Below, in pieces: positions 22,351-35,295 of a DNA stretch of 64,000 nt. Under the pieces are notes generated by a model. The model was not told the DNA's origin. It worked only from the letters and a program-made list of their open reading frames with translations, and made no database searches. Every line of letters begins with the position of its first letter. Positions within the stretch are counted from its first letter, which is position 1. The stretch is from NCBI GenBank assembly GCA_965153455.1, contig OZ234493.1, positions 5,704,001 through 5,768,000 on the forward strand. Reading direction: 5' to 3'. Both the position numbers and the translations under genes were made by a program. This DNA comes from Sphagnum compactum. Lineage: Eukaryota.

Positions 22351-25300
22351 ATGGCGCAGAATAGCGAATTCTTGACGCTGGTGGCGAGACTGGAAGCAGC
22401 TGTGGCAAGGTTGGAAGGATTAGGCGCGCGAGCCGATTCCACAACGGCGACGGTTCAAGGGATCGCGTCACTAACAGGCGAGCGAAAAGGTGCGGCGGCG
22501 GCAGTGACCGCTCCTGCCCCGGCCGTGGCGGCATTTGATGAGCTGGTACAGACTAGGGTGGGCCGCTTGTTGGTGGTAGCGGACAAGATCGGAAGTCAAG
22601 TCTTGCAGTCATCGCAGCTGCTGCAACGAGCTTTCGAGGCTGAGAAATCTATCGTGTTCGCCATCTCTCAATGCAAGGTATAGTAAGTAGTTCTTCAATG
22701 CCGATCCAAACAACGACTCCTCCTTCAAACCCGAAACCTTTTGGAATCAGACATTTGCTTGTGTGGGCACCGAGGAGTTCAAGGGGGAAGAAGGTGGGTG
22801 GGTTATTTCTTTCAAGTTTAGAAATGGGTCATTGATGAAGAAGAAGAAGATCGTGAGAGAAAACCGTTTGAGAAAGAATGGGAATTAGGGTTCTGAGTTC
22901 GTGTGCACAAATTTGCAGCAACCAGATGCAGCAGGCTTGCAAACAGTTGTTCAGCCGTTGGCTGATTCGCTCACAAAGGCGCATGCTTTAACAGAAGGTA
23001 GAAAAACTCCGGCTTTCAACTGTTGTAAAGCTGTGGCTGAGAGCTTATCAGCTCTCACATGGGTGTGCTACACCGGCAAGGACTGCGGTAAACAAACTCC
23101 TCGCACCCTCCTCCTTTCTTTTCTACTTCTTTAGTTGCACAATTTTTGTCGTACATAGGTATATATATACCTGTGAGGAACAACACACACAAATGCTGCC
23201 ACTGTGCAAAAGGTTTTAGGCTCTTATGTCCCGCTGAACTCCAGGCCATGGCATCACATGCAGATCTTGGAAATGAACATGTGCTAAAGGATTAACATGT
23301 GTCTAGTTAGGTACTGAAGAACATTTCTAAACCGTGTGATTCATACTGCTTTTGTTGCAGGGATGAGTCTGCCAGGTGCCCATGTTGAGGAAAGCTGGCA
23401 ATCTGCAGAGTTCTATAACAACAAGGTAGGTATACAATTTGTCATGATTCAAAAGCTGCCTTTGCATGGTCTGAAGCAAAAATAGTGAAGGGGTTGCAGT
23501 ATAGAGAGAGGAGCACTAACCAACTACAGGGCAACTGCAAAGAATGAATTTTGGGTTTGTGTTTGGGATGTTGCAGGTGCTTGTGGAGTATAGGGGCAAG
23601 GATCCTGACTATGTAGAGTGGGCAAAAGCACTGAAGGAATTGTACTTGCCTGGCTTGCGTGACTATGTGAAGCAATTCCATACCAGAGGCCCTGCATGGA
23701 ATCCTATTGGTGTTGAATTCTCTCAGTGGAGACCTGGTACTGCCGAGGCTGCAAAGAAGCCAAGTGCACCTCCCCCACCTCCAAAGGGACCACCACCTCC
23801 TCCCTCCTTTGCTCCACCTCCACCAGCAATGCCTTCTTCTAAGCCAAGCTCCTCGGCTGGAGCTCCTCTCAGTATGAGTGCTGTGTTTCAAGATATCAAC
23901 AAGGGTGAAAGTGTAACTGCAGGTCACTGTCCTATCCATTTTCTTGGGATGTTTTCTCATATAGTTGATGTTGGGGACAGACTTGCCATTCCTTCTCAAA
24001 GCCAAATGTGGCATGCTCTTAAATGGTTTTGTTGCTGTGCAGGTCTCAAAAAGGTCACGGCTGACATGAAGACTAAGAATCGTGCTGACAGGTCTGGAGC
24101 TGTACCAGCAAGTATTTCAGCTCCTCCAACGCATGTCACTGGGCCTTCTGTTGTGGCACCCTCTCCTAAGGGTGGCAAGCCCAAGTTTGAGCTGGAGCTT
24201 GAGCGCAAGTATGAACCAACTGAATTCTTGTCCTTTAACATGCTTAGGATCTTGTACTTAATTGTCTGACCATACTGATACATGAAAACTCAAAAGAGGG
24301 AAGCATATGAGATGAATAATTCAACTGGTCATGCACACATGTGGCCTATACACCTGCTTGTGTGATGTGAAGGGCAGGTGGGTAGTGGAACATCAAGCAA
24401 GCAACAGAAGCATTGTAATTGAGGATTGCAATTCCCGCCAGTCAGTATACATCTTTAATTGTAAGGATTCCCTGATCCAGGTCAAAGGTATGTTTTATCT
24501 GTTCCAACAGATAGAGTTTTTACAAAGTTCCCTGCCATTGAATTAGCTACTAGAAAGTTCCCTAGTTGCTCTCAACATGCATCTTTAAACTCCCACAGTT
24601 TTCCCTTCATGTTTTGTCTCTGTTTGTTTATCTTTCCCGATTCTCTGTTGGTTGAGGTTTTGTTTTGTCATGTTTGTCTTTGGTGGGTGTTGCTGAGTAA
24701 TGTCTATTTTTTGGGAGTGATCAGGAAAAGTGAACACTATTGCATTTGACAACTGCACAAAAACAGGGCTAGTCTTCACTGTGAGTAACTGGCACTATTC
24801 TGCCCAACCTCGACACCAACATTGATTACAATTTGGTGCTGCTCTAGATGCTGAGATAGCCATGTGTTCTGAGTTTGTGAGCCAACATAAAATCCAGGAG
24901 GTTGATAAGGAATGTATTGGTTGTTTCTGTTGGTGTTTCCTAACTTACTTTTTTGCCTGATGATATTCATCAGGATTATGGACAATCCATGGTGTATTGT
25001 CTGAAACACATTTGGATTGTGTTGTGATCTAGGATGTTGTTGCAGCATGTGAGATTGTTAACTGCACTAGTGTTGAGGTGCAGTGTCAGGTGCAGATAAT
25101 CTCTCCCTTCACAACTCTGTGTCTGGTGGCTTATATTTTTTGATGTTGATTTCTGGCACCTGGTACAATTGGTGTATAATGCATGAGCTATTTCTCCTCT
25201 AAATGAGTCATCTCTACAGAGATATTTTGAAATCTAACCTCTTTCTGCTATTTCAGAGAGGAAAGAACTTTGGCCAAGTTTTTGTGAAAATGGGCTTTGC

Positions 25301-25835
25301 ATCCAGATACAGTCATTGATCAAGGCTCGGCCACTGGTTAAATGGTGATTGCCAAATGTGCCAAGTCTGATTTGATGAACCCCTGTGATAAAAATTGGCA
25401 GGGTGTAGCACCAACAATCGCAGTGGATAACACAAATGGATGCCAGCTTTACTTGTCAAAAGAGTCTTTGGCTGCATCCATCACAACTGCAAAGTCAAGT
25501 GAAATCAATGTGCTTGTTCCTGGTGCTACAGATGATTCTGACCCTGTGGGTTACACTGCACTCAACTTTAAGGATTTATGGTCTGAATTTTAGATGTTGT
25601 ATACGTGCCTCTTGGTGTGTTTTGACTGTTTGTATCTGTAGGATGATTTTTGGGTTGACAAGAATAACCTAGAAGTCCGAAGTCTGATAGAGAGAGTCAG
25701 ACATCCAAGATGTACATGTTGGTACAATTCTGATGCTGTTGTGATTGGCAGGTGGAGCATGCTTTGCCGGAGCAGTTTGTTAATGTTTACAAGGAAGGGC
25801 AATTTGTTACTTCTCCTGTCTCTCACTCTGGTTAA
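22351..25835 (+). CDS. CAP1: Adenylyl cyclase-associated protein (CAP1/Srv2)
   Basis: Exons 22351-22677, 22919-23087, 23361-23425, 23577-23922, 24043-24208, 24378-24487, 24725-24780, 25033-25089, 25402-25545, 25752-25835. Features: RLEAAVARLE motif, EESWQSAEFYNNKVL, poly-Pro, WH2-like GLKKVTADMKTKNR, and C-terminal CARP domain ending TAKSSEINV...EHALPEQF...VSHSG*. Confidence 0.96.
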
Positions 25836-26502
25836 TGATTCTCAATCCTCTTTGCCATTGGTGGCAAGTTCAAGCTTGAAGGCAGAGACAACCAACCATA
25901 CCTTTTGTGGGTTTATGCTCCTGCTTGTTTTGCCTTACATGTTCATGCCTGTTTTTCTTTGGCCAATAGATCACTGCTGCATTTTTTTTTTAGTGGTGTT
26001 AAATGTCATGCTTGTCCCGATTTTCTTTCTAAGTTATCCTTGGTATGAAGGTTTGTAGATGATCTGTTATTTCCTGATGTCTGTGATTTCTCTACCTTGG
26101 TATGTATCGAAAGACTCTGTTGCTGGTGGCATCTACCCTGCCCTGAATTGTTTTGTGAGCTTATTTGTTTTACTTGTAGTGGGTCGCCTTTCAATTTCTT
26201 GGATTCAGCAATATCTCAACATTGAAGGTTTTCAAAATGTTGACATTTTTGAAGAGCAATCTCTTCTAGAATATGCAGGGATTAAACACGATATGTGTGA
26301 TGTGTGCCTAATGGTGATTCCAATATTTTGAGATTGTGACAGATTAATTAATAGTGTAGGTTTATTAAAGCTTTTTCGCCCAAGAGAGTCTTTAGCTCAC
26401 ACAAATGCTGTGCTTATTTAGTTTTCTCTCTGTGTTAGAAAACAATATTTTTGAAAGTTTCTTTCAAATATGACCAGAGGTTTGCTATTGTTTTGATTTT
26501 AG

Positions 26503-27040
26503 TGTCAAGGGAGGGGCTAACTGTTGTTTTGATTTAGGGTGGGAGAATACCCCTTTAAGGGTATGCTCCCTTGCGTAAAGGACCATAGATAGGTCCACTT
26601 AAAGCTAAGCATTAAGAAGGTAGGAAATGAAAAGACTATGAAGTAGCATAGCTAGAAAATGATTGAATCAGGCAAAGTAAGGAGCGTATCACTAACATGG
26701 TAGCACCGACGTTGGTAGCTCCTCGATCATATCATATATCTTGTTGCCTTTTGACATTAGTGTTACCTCCTTAATTCCTTTGAGTACATTCCTGATTGCT
26801 GATTTTGGCTAAACTTCGTAACTCATGCTCTTCTGTGTCCCATAACCTGTAAACTTGATGTTCCTATACAATCAGTTATGTCTAATAACCTCTGCTCTCT
26901 CACCAGTTACATAGGATCCATCGGGCATATGAGGTGGCCATCATGGGGTGTGGGGTTTTCTTCTTGTTATTTTTTCAGTACTCCTTTTCTTTTGCACTTC
27001 AAAGATGACTTCTAGAGCTTGAGGTACCGCTCCCATAACA
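26503..27040. mobile_element. Candidate solo LTR (538 bp)
   Basis: Begins TGTCAAGGGAGGGG and ends CCGCTCCCATAACA (11/14 inverted match, TG...CA). Flanks are TTTTAG and TTTTAA. Confidence 0.5.
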
Positions 27041-27311
27041 TTTTAAATCACTCCAAAATGAAGCACATAAGAGGAAGATATAATAAATAAGTGCTCGGGG
27101 TCATAGGCAGGTATGGAACAGATGGAGAAAACCAAAGTGAGATTGCAACAGGTGGACTGGTGCACTCCTAAGTGGAACTGGCCTGGTACATAACTGGTGA
27201 GGTAAAATCTCAACCCAGGAAAACCCACTTACAGTACTAGTAAGACTGTAGTCCGGTTTAGAGCACAGAAATGGAGGAAAACCAAAGCGGGAGAGACAGG
27301 GAATAGGTGGT

Positions 27312-27412
27312 GTTCTGGAATGTTCCGGAGTTCCGGAATGTTCGTTCCAGACGATTCTGCAAGGCTTTGGAATTTGACAGTTCTTGGCAACGGAATTTGG
27401 AACCTTCTAGAT
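27312..27412 (+). promoter_or_regulatory. Heat-shock elements (alternating nGAAn)
   Basis: TTCtgGAAtgTTCcgGA and TTCcgGAAtgTTC at 27313-27343, plus GAAccTTCtaGA at ~27400, upstream of the sHSP gene. Confidence 0.85.
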
Positions 27413-27456
27413 CTAGTACCTATTCCGTGTCAGAATAGCAAATGCGACCGAGGCTC

Positions 27457-27463
27457 TATAAAG
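27457..27463 (+). promoter_or_regulatory. TATA box of the sHSP gene
   Basis: CTATAAAG lies ~45 bp downstream of the proximal HSE. Confidence 0.7.
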
Positions 27464-27745
27464 AGGGACAAATGGACGGGCAGAGAGCGCTTCGTCTCTT
27501 TTGCTGCCTCGAGAACTCTTTGAGCTTAGAACTTTTCTTCCTTGAAATCGGCAACTTTCTGTGTAGAATTTTACGAGCTGCGGAAATCTGCAAGTCGATA
27601 CCAATTTCACAGCGATAGAAATCTCCTCTCGCTGCTCTTAAGGATCTAGATTTTTCTCTATAGTTTCCGACTACAGTAGTAGAGATTTGATCTGGTGTTT
27701 TGTGGCGACTGTACGTCTTTGGTAGTGAACGATTTGATCATTGCA

Positions 27746-28743
27746 ATGGCTTTAACACCTTTCTTCGGCGGTGGTCGTGGTGGACGTAACGACATTTTCG
27801 ATCCGTGGGAGCACGGTTTCTGGGATCCGTGGCGTAACTTCGACTCAGTCTGGGATCGGCTTGTGCCATTTGATCATCGTTCACTATTTGCAGGGAGGGA
27901 TACGAGCAGCCTGCAAGCGGTGGCGAACACTAATGTGGATTGGCGAGAGACGCCTGAATCTCACATATTCAAAGCTGATTTGCCTGGTAAATAACACTGG
28001 AGTCCTATCCTTGTATTCAATGTCGAACTGATATACGTACATACACAAGAATTAGCACATCGACGTTATCCTCTAGAATGTTCTGCATCATAAGACGTTT
28101 TTGTGTGCTGCCTCTCAAAAGCCATCTCCAATGTCTCAGTTCGTAATCAAGTTCTATGGATTAATTGCATCTGGATTGATGTCAGTTTACAAACTGCTCA
28201 AGCTTATAACCGGACGGACGATAATCCGTTGCTCGAATGTTTCTGTGTTCCTAGAAGCTGTAGTCATCAGGCTTTCTGCCAATCGCTTAGTTTCGACTAC
28301 TAGGTAGTGCGCGTTGCCTGCGTGACCCTAATCTCGTGTTTCCCGACAACACTCTGGACTCGTGCGCTTCGTTCTTTCCAAAAACGTTACTAAAAAAATG
28401 CTCCTCTGCAAATCGTGTGCTTTCTTTCGTTCTTCCAAAAATTGTTGCTGAGAAAAAATTTCTTCGAAATATTGCAGGGTTGGAACGGGGGGATGTCAAA
28501 GTGACGGTGGAGGGAAATCGAACTTTGGAAATCAGCGGTGAGCGCACTCGCGAGGAAGAGAACAAGACGGATACATGGCACCGTGTAGAGCGCTCCTACG
28601 GAAAATTCTCTCGCCGATTCCACTTACCTGATGACGCAAACACGGAAGCGGTGAACGCCAAAGTTGAGAATGGCTTACTCACCGTCACGGTACCAAAGAT
28701 CAAGAAGACAGAACGCGAAGTTCGTGTGGTGGACATTAACTGA
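27746..28743 (+). CDS. Small heat-shock protein, cytosolic class I-like (HSP20/alpha-crystallin domain)
   Basis: Exons 27746-27986 and 28478-28743. Sequence MALTPFFGG...IFDPW, NTNVDWRETPESHIFKADLPG|LERGDVKV, LEISGER, DTWHRVERSYGKFSRRFHLP, NGLLTVTVPK. Confidence 0.95.
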
Positions 28744-29306
28744 ATATATCGGTACATTTCTTGAAACACAAAATCACTCAGACGCGTGATCCGCTAGCTA
28801 CTCTTTTGCTTGTGTGTGTGTGTGTGTGTGTGTATGTGCATACAGACATATATATATATATACAAACGTTCCTGTCGTCTGCACATAGAAATGGTAAGAG
28901 TGCGAGTAGCAATTTTGTATAGCATCTGAAACAGATACAGTCGAAGAGTTGAAGAAATGCTGCTCTCTCTATGGTCCGTCTGTCGTCGATGTGAGAAAGA
29001 GAATTGTCCTTCCAGCTCGGGAACGAGTGTAGCTACTATTGTACTAGGTTTCACGTCATCCTGAACGCAGCCCATAAATGACGCACTTGTGAGCTTTTGT
29101 TTGGAGCTTTTGTACCAGTCCAAAGCTATTTTTGAGGCAATAACAATACTAACAAATTACTCTATTATATCTTCTTGTATGATCTTGGGTATATAGTGTG
29201 TGCGTCTTCTAAGCATGTCTGGACACCAAAAAAACTACTCTAAACAAGTAGTGTAAGGTGAAGCCCGAGGATAGGGTATGTTTTTCTCAATCATAGTATC
29301 ATGTAA

Positions 29307-29431
29307 TCTTCCAAAAATCCCTCTAAAAACAAACTAAAGTCCTTCAAGATATTAGAACTCTATTATAACTAATCTCAAGCTTCAACACAAGCCAAAATAT
29401 AGTCTTTCAAAAATCCTCATATGAAAATAGA
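29307..29431 (+). repeat. Dispersed repeat, copy 2
   Basis: Aligns by eye with 2262-2382. Confidence 0.75.
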
Positions 29432-29709
29432 TAGTAAGCAGCCCAATTGATGATTGACCATAACACAATTGAAACCAAAAATGGCGTCTTTGCTGCAACA
29501 AGATGAAGAGAAAAAATGTTGGGGACATTTAATATCAATTCAGATAATCTCTTTCTCTATTTTTGTGCCCCCAAGGGTGGAGTTAACAAGGTAAATCATG
29601 AAATAGGACATTGACTTGATACACAAAGTGATGACGGATGCATGGATCTCAAGATGATGATGACCGACCCCCTCTAGGTGTGGTGGCCATAAATAAGAAG
29701 AAGTGTCAA

Positions 29710-29906
29710 GGGAAGGCATTTGCAAAATAAAGGGCCTAGGACAAGGTGTTTGAACTTTTAGAGATCTTATTCAATGCAAGGTAAAGTCCTTGGGGTGGGC
29801 ATTTGCAAAAGAAAGGACGTACGACCAGGTGTTTCAACACTTAGAAAATATGTTATTCAATGTAAGAGAAAGTCCTAGGGAAGGGCATTTGTAAAGTGAG
29901 AGGACC
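29710..29906. repeat. ~84-bp tandem repeat, about 2.3 copies
   Basis: Unit GGGCATTTGCAAAA...AGGTGTTT...TTATTCAATG(C/T)AAG..AAAGTCCT..GG. Confidence 0.7.
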
Positions 29907-30779
29907 AATGTTTTTTTTTTTGGTGGTTAAAAATCGTCAAAAAGTGATTTGGGAATTTGACCTTGCAACTTATAACCTTGTTAAAAAAGTAATTAAAAAA
30001 TTTTTTTTCACCAAAAAACTAGGGCTTCAAACAATGGCATAACAATGTCACCATTCTCGTCACTCTCACCATCATCACTCTCGCTCATAATTTTTAATGA
30101 CCTTTTTGTTTCCCTAGTTCTTTTTCTCATGATGAAATTGTCAATTTTACAACTCCATTTTTGGTTGTAGATGGTTTACATTCAATGTTATGCATTCTAT
30201 AATCGAAGGCCTTTACAACTTAATGTACTCGTTGAATCACCTTGCCACTCTTTGCAAATTGCAAATTATTGTTATAAAGGTATTAAGATTTTGTGTTATT
30301 GCTTAAAAGGTTGAGCTTTGATGGTGGGAATCATTGCTTTTAAGGTTTGATGAATAAATCAATATGTTTGAATTTTTGGTGGTTAGATTGATTTCAACAG
30401 CTTGTGTTAGAACCTAAAGTGTAAAAAACATTGTTTAGCAAAAATGTTATTGTCTTTCACGTTTTTATAAATCCGATTTAATTTGAGTTTCAGATTTATT
30501 AAACTCTCATTTTAAGAGTCAAGACCCCAAATGCATTTTTCATTTTTGTTGTACTTGAATTTTGTGTGTGTGTGTGCATTATGCACTTTTTGCTTTTTGT
30601 TTCTTTATTATGTCTCCTCTGTTGTTGATTTCCTTAAAAAACTTTGAGTTTAAGCCCATCTTCCCCATCTTTGATGTCAATTCTCAATTAGCCCTTACTT
30701 TTCAAACTTGCATTAAACTTTTAGAGGGTTTTAAAAATCCTTTAAGTATGATCCTTGTAGTGAAGAGAAAAATATGAGA

Positions 30780-33350
30780 TCATGTACGTGTGAGACACTT
30801 CCAAAATAAATGGGTCATGTGTTTCCATGGGTAGAGTTTGTAGTAAACATTAGAAATAATGTTCATTATGTATGTTGTGTGATTTGTTCAAAAGTGAAAG
30901 GCGGAAAAGCTTTTGGTTTCAAAGCTTGATAACCTATTGAAACATGTAGGTCATTGTAAGGCAACAATTTCAAGTCTTGGGATTGAACAATTGCTAACAT
31001 GCATGTAATGAAAAAATCTACACAACCTCTAAATATTGTTTTATTTTTGACTTGATTGATTTTGAAATCCTGCATGGAATGAACAAATATTTGTCCAATT
31101 TATTATTATTAATTATTTTTTATTTTTAAGGTTGGGCAATGATAAATTTCGAAGGTTTGACTATTTTGAAAGTTAAGCACAATCCTTAAAAACATTGGAG
31201 TGATTCTACATGGTGGGGTATAATTGAGTCTATGAATGATTTGTTGTTGGAATCCATTCGAAAAGTTATCAATGTTGCAAGTTTCTTGTTTGTCAATGCT
31301 AATGAAGTCATTGCAATAGACAATACATCTTGGATATTTATTCATTTGTATGTTGTTCAAGTTTGGAAATGGATTCCACTGTTGGTTTGTGTGAAGAAAG
31401 TTGGTGTGCAAGTGACAACAATTTTTTAAAAAATTTGATGTTGACTGCCATGGTCACTTTTGGTGGACTAAATGTCAAAGATTTGGGTGAAAAACTCATA
31501 TCCATGGGTTGTGATGGTAAAATTTTAAGGTGCAAAAGATGGTGTGATCGCACAAATGACGAACAATGTGGTGTGACCAAACAAGAAGTCACTTGGATCT
31601 CTCTAATGTGAACACTATTTCGTTTTAGGGTTTAAGTTTTGTTTTGAGCGGCCGTCAACTTTCTTCGTGCAGGCGGCAAAGTTTATATCATCATAGTTCG
31701 TTAATGGTTGTGAGTAGGAAACTTTGTTGTTTGTGTGTTATGTGAAACAAGTTGGCAGTAGACAATGGGTGGCCAAGGGCACTATAAGCATGCAAGAGAG
31801 GGGGAGATAAGATGCTATTGGACGAATATAAAAAGAGGAGTTTGAGGGCAAAGAAGGACAAGTCTGGTTTTTTTGTGAAATTGTTGCAATTTGTGTAGAA
31901 GTAAGAGCTTGCAGAAATCTGTAGTTACTATTTGATTTTTGTTCCGCTAATGACTATGTCATGGCAAGTTTTGTGTTCTTGCTATAATAAGGATTTATAA
32001 GGGGTTGATGCTAAGGGCTGATGACACCTAACGGAGGTCTGAGCTGTAAAATTAGGAGCATGTAGAGAAGTGCATCGTAGGGGACCTTGGTGGAATCTTT
32101 CTTGAAATCCAGTGGGTAGCGCATACATATGAGTGAGAGCCAAAAACCTTAGTGGGTATCCTTGGGTTGGACAGAACGTGGATGAGAGAGGAACAAAATG
32201 GGAAAGATTTTAGTAAGTATCCAATAGATCCATATTTTGCATAGGATCTGTTTTCTTGAATACTTGCAAGCCAACTTGGCATATTTTGTTCAGTCGTGGT
32301 TTGTAACCAGAAGTTGATTTGTTTTTAAAGCTAGACCAAACATTTCTCTGCATTATCTCATGTGGTAGAGAGATGGATTAACAACTCTTAACAGACCAAT
32401 TGAACATTGAGAACGTTGACTTCAAACCAGACCCCATTATCTCATGCACTCACAATATGAGAATTTGTTCCTAGCAGTAATTGAAGGGTACTACTGTAAC
32501 AATTTAGGAGAGGCTAATAGGTATGTATAGTCTAGAAATTCCCATGGTATGGATAATCATGTATTGTAGGACTGCAAAACCAAGGTGTTGTGACAGTTCC
32601 GATTTGGTAAGAAATGAGATGCAGACATTGTTGCCAGAGTAAGGATTTGTAATTAGGAGATGGTTTTATACCCTTTTCTTTTAGGTTATAGGGGTTCCAT
32701 TTATGATTGGAGTGCATTGTGTTGCCCATAAAACTAACTTAGTTGTGTTCATTTTATTTAAGCTAAGTTTGGTTGTTCATTTGGAGGCACTTCTTAGGCC
32801 TTGTATGGGTTTTTTTCTCACTCATCAAAGAAGTTCCTTGAATTTCAAAGGTTGTGCGATGTACTCATAGAAAAGGGAAACAAACTAGTAAGAAACATGA
32901 AAACAAGATGGATCAACATGTTGTTTCTCGTGAACGTGTTATGGAGCAATATCAACATTTGATTGCAAAAATGCATGATAATATGCCAAAGGAGCAACAC
33001 TATTAATGAAAATTTGAATTTCCTTTGTGACTTGGAATTGATTTTGGGTTTACATGCCATTTTTTCTCTTTTGGACAATGTGCATACCTTGATCAAATCT
33101 ACCCAATCTCATGATGTGTTTGTGTGTGACTTCATAAATGTCGTGAAGATTGGCCAACTACAGTTTTACTAATTTTATAATGATTCATACAACAAATTTG
33201 ATGATTTTGATTTTGATGAATCGAATGTTCTTAAAACTTTCAATAATAAGAATTTGTCAATGAACTAGGTAATAGACCTGAATGGCGAGGAAACTAACTC
33301 CCTTATCATTGAATTTTCTACTTCTAAATATTTTTGAACCAATGTTATCT
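30780..33350 (+). mobile_element. Decayed hAT (ZNF862-like) transposase pseudogene, interrupted by a 1.1-kb insertion
   Basis: Fragments: FPWVEFVV, HYVCCVICSKV, DNLLKHVGH, KHWSDSTWWG, SFLFVNANEVIAIDNTSWIFIHLYVVQ, GEKLISMGCDG, then the insertion, then PFMIGVHCVAHKTNLVV, GFFSHSSKKFLEF, NKLVRNMKTRWINML, NLNFLCDLELILGL. Many stops and frameshifts. Confidence 0.8.
31572..32690. mobile_element. Nested insertion, candidate solo LTR (1119 bp)
   Basis: Splits the transposase between ...MTNNV and VPFMIGVHC. Ends are TGTGACC and GGTTATA (GGTCACA with two C>T changes). Flanks are GTGG and GGGG. Confidence 0.65.
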
Positions 33351-34824
33351 TTTTAGAGCACTTAAATTGCAAATGTGATAAAGGGATTCATTAGAACACT
33401 TATCAAACTAAAGAAATCAACTTGTAATCAAAGCCAAGTTGAAGAGGCATCTCCCATCCTCTTGATTAACATAATGTCAAAAATGATGTACTTTGCCAAT
33501 TTTGATTCCCAACTACCACTTAATGGCAAAGCATTCAAAAACAAATCATAAGTATATTTCATAACATTATTATTTTCATGAACATTCTTTCTAACAAAGA
33601 GAAGGAACCTTATGCCTACCATTTAGAAATAGAAGGGACCTTATTGCTTATGTAAGGTCCCTTCGACTCCTAAATAGTCAGGGTAAGGTCCTTCCTTTTC
33701 CTATCCCTTAGTGATTTACATATGTTTAACCTATGGTAATGTTTTTATCTTGTGTTTTATGATGGGCAAATGCCTAGGGGTGAAAAACATTCTTGAATTA
33801 TAAGATCGAACTTGGCTATTACTTCACAACCTAGGCCCCTAATTTTGGGAACACCATCACTATAGAGTTTTACACTACACATTAAAAGTAGGGTTGGCAT
33901 TTTAGGTTGTTTTTTCAACTTGTTAGTTCAACAAACACAATATTCCCAAGTGTTCCTTGTTGTTTTTCACAAGGAGTTCTTTGTCATTTAACATTAAAGC
34001 TCATAAGTGACAACCTTGCCCTTTTTTTCACATCCACTCCTTCATTGATATGAAATCATAAGATTTTTTGATGACCAAATAATTGGATTATTTAATGCTT
34101 TCAATCGACAAAAACATTTAATTAATCGGTTATCAAATTTATTTATAACCATTTTTTGGCCAAATCCATCCATCCCCATTAACATCTAAGAAGAGACAAG
34201 CTTTAAATGTTATTTGTCAAAGAAAAGCATGGTTTTTTAAGTTCTTAAATAAATGGATTTTGAAATCCGTTTGATAATTCATTTAAAGGGGGGAAAAAAA
34301 AGTGCCTACCATGGGAGAGTAGGTTTTTAATCCGTGAGTTACTAGTTACTACACATCCAATAATACAGTGTTTTTTATTTGGGACAAGTTTTTTTTTTTT
34401 TGACCAAAAATTAATTTTGGATTTATTATTATCATTTTTAGTGAAATTTTGACTAAATTTTCCAATTTTTGGGGAAAAAATCGCCAATTTTTCTTTTGGT
34501 CTAGTAAGTGGTTAACACCCTGGTCCGATTAACCTAAGGTCTGGTAACTGGTAAAAACGTTAAGATAAAAAAAGTCTGGCTCATTCGTCTCTGTGGGATA
34601 AAAAGCTAAACGGACAAGTAACTCACCGCTAGGTAAAATCGAACCAAAGAATGACGTCAACTTTTACCCTTGACGGTAAATTGATCATGGTAAACCTGGG
34701 GGGGCTTTTACCTTCATATTTATTATCGTCATTATTATTAGTATTCTGATAATAATAGCACTCGAATATTATTATTATTACTGTTATTATGTTGGCGAAA
34801 CATGTGAAGAAGGCCTCCTATCGT

Positions 34825-35160
34825 TTTTAGCTTACCCTAGAGCCCTGGTTTAGCCACAAAAATAATAAATCCTATAAGCCAAAAAGGGGCGAGTGTCAGT
34901 TGGTCAGTCCGGTTCCCCATCCCCATATGCCATCATCATCATCATCCATCCATCCATCCATGACCATCATGACATGTGAAGGTCTACTATCTATTTTAGC
35001 TTACCCTAGACCCCTAGTTTAGCCACGAAAATAATAAATCCTATATAAGCCAAAAAAGGGCGAGTGCTGGTCAGTCAGTCTGTCTGGTTTCCCCCAATCC
35101 CATGTGGCATCATCATCATCATCATCCACCCACCCATCCATCCGTGACCATGATGACCAT
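34825..35160. repeat. ~170-bp tandem duplication
   Basis: TTTTAGCTTACCCTAGA...TTTAGCCAC.AAAATAATAAATCCTATA...(CAT)n(CCAT)n...GACCAT at 34825 and 34995. Confidence 0.85.
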
Positions 35161-35295
35161 GCCATGGTTTATGATGGCTTCAATGAACGACACGTGTCAA
35201 CTCGGGACAAAGGGACTGCCTCTATAAAATAAAATAAGAGTTAAAACTCCAACTTTACTTTTTTACTGTTAGATTTTTACCGAGCAATGGTAACA

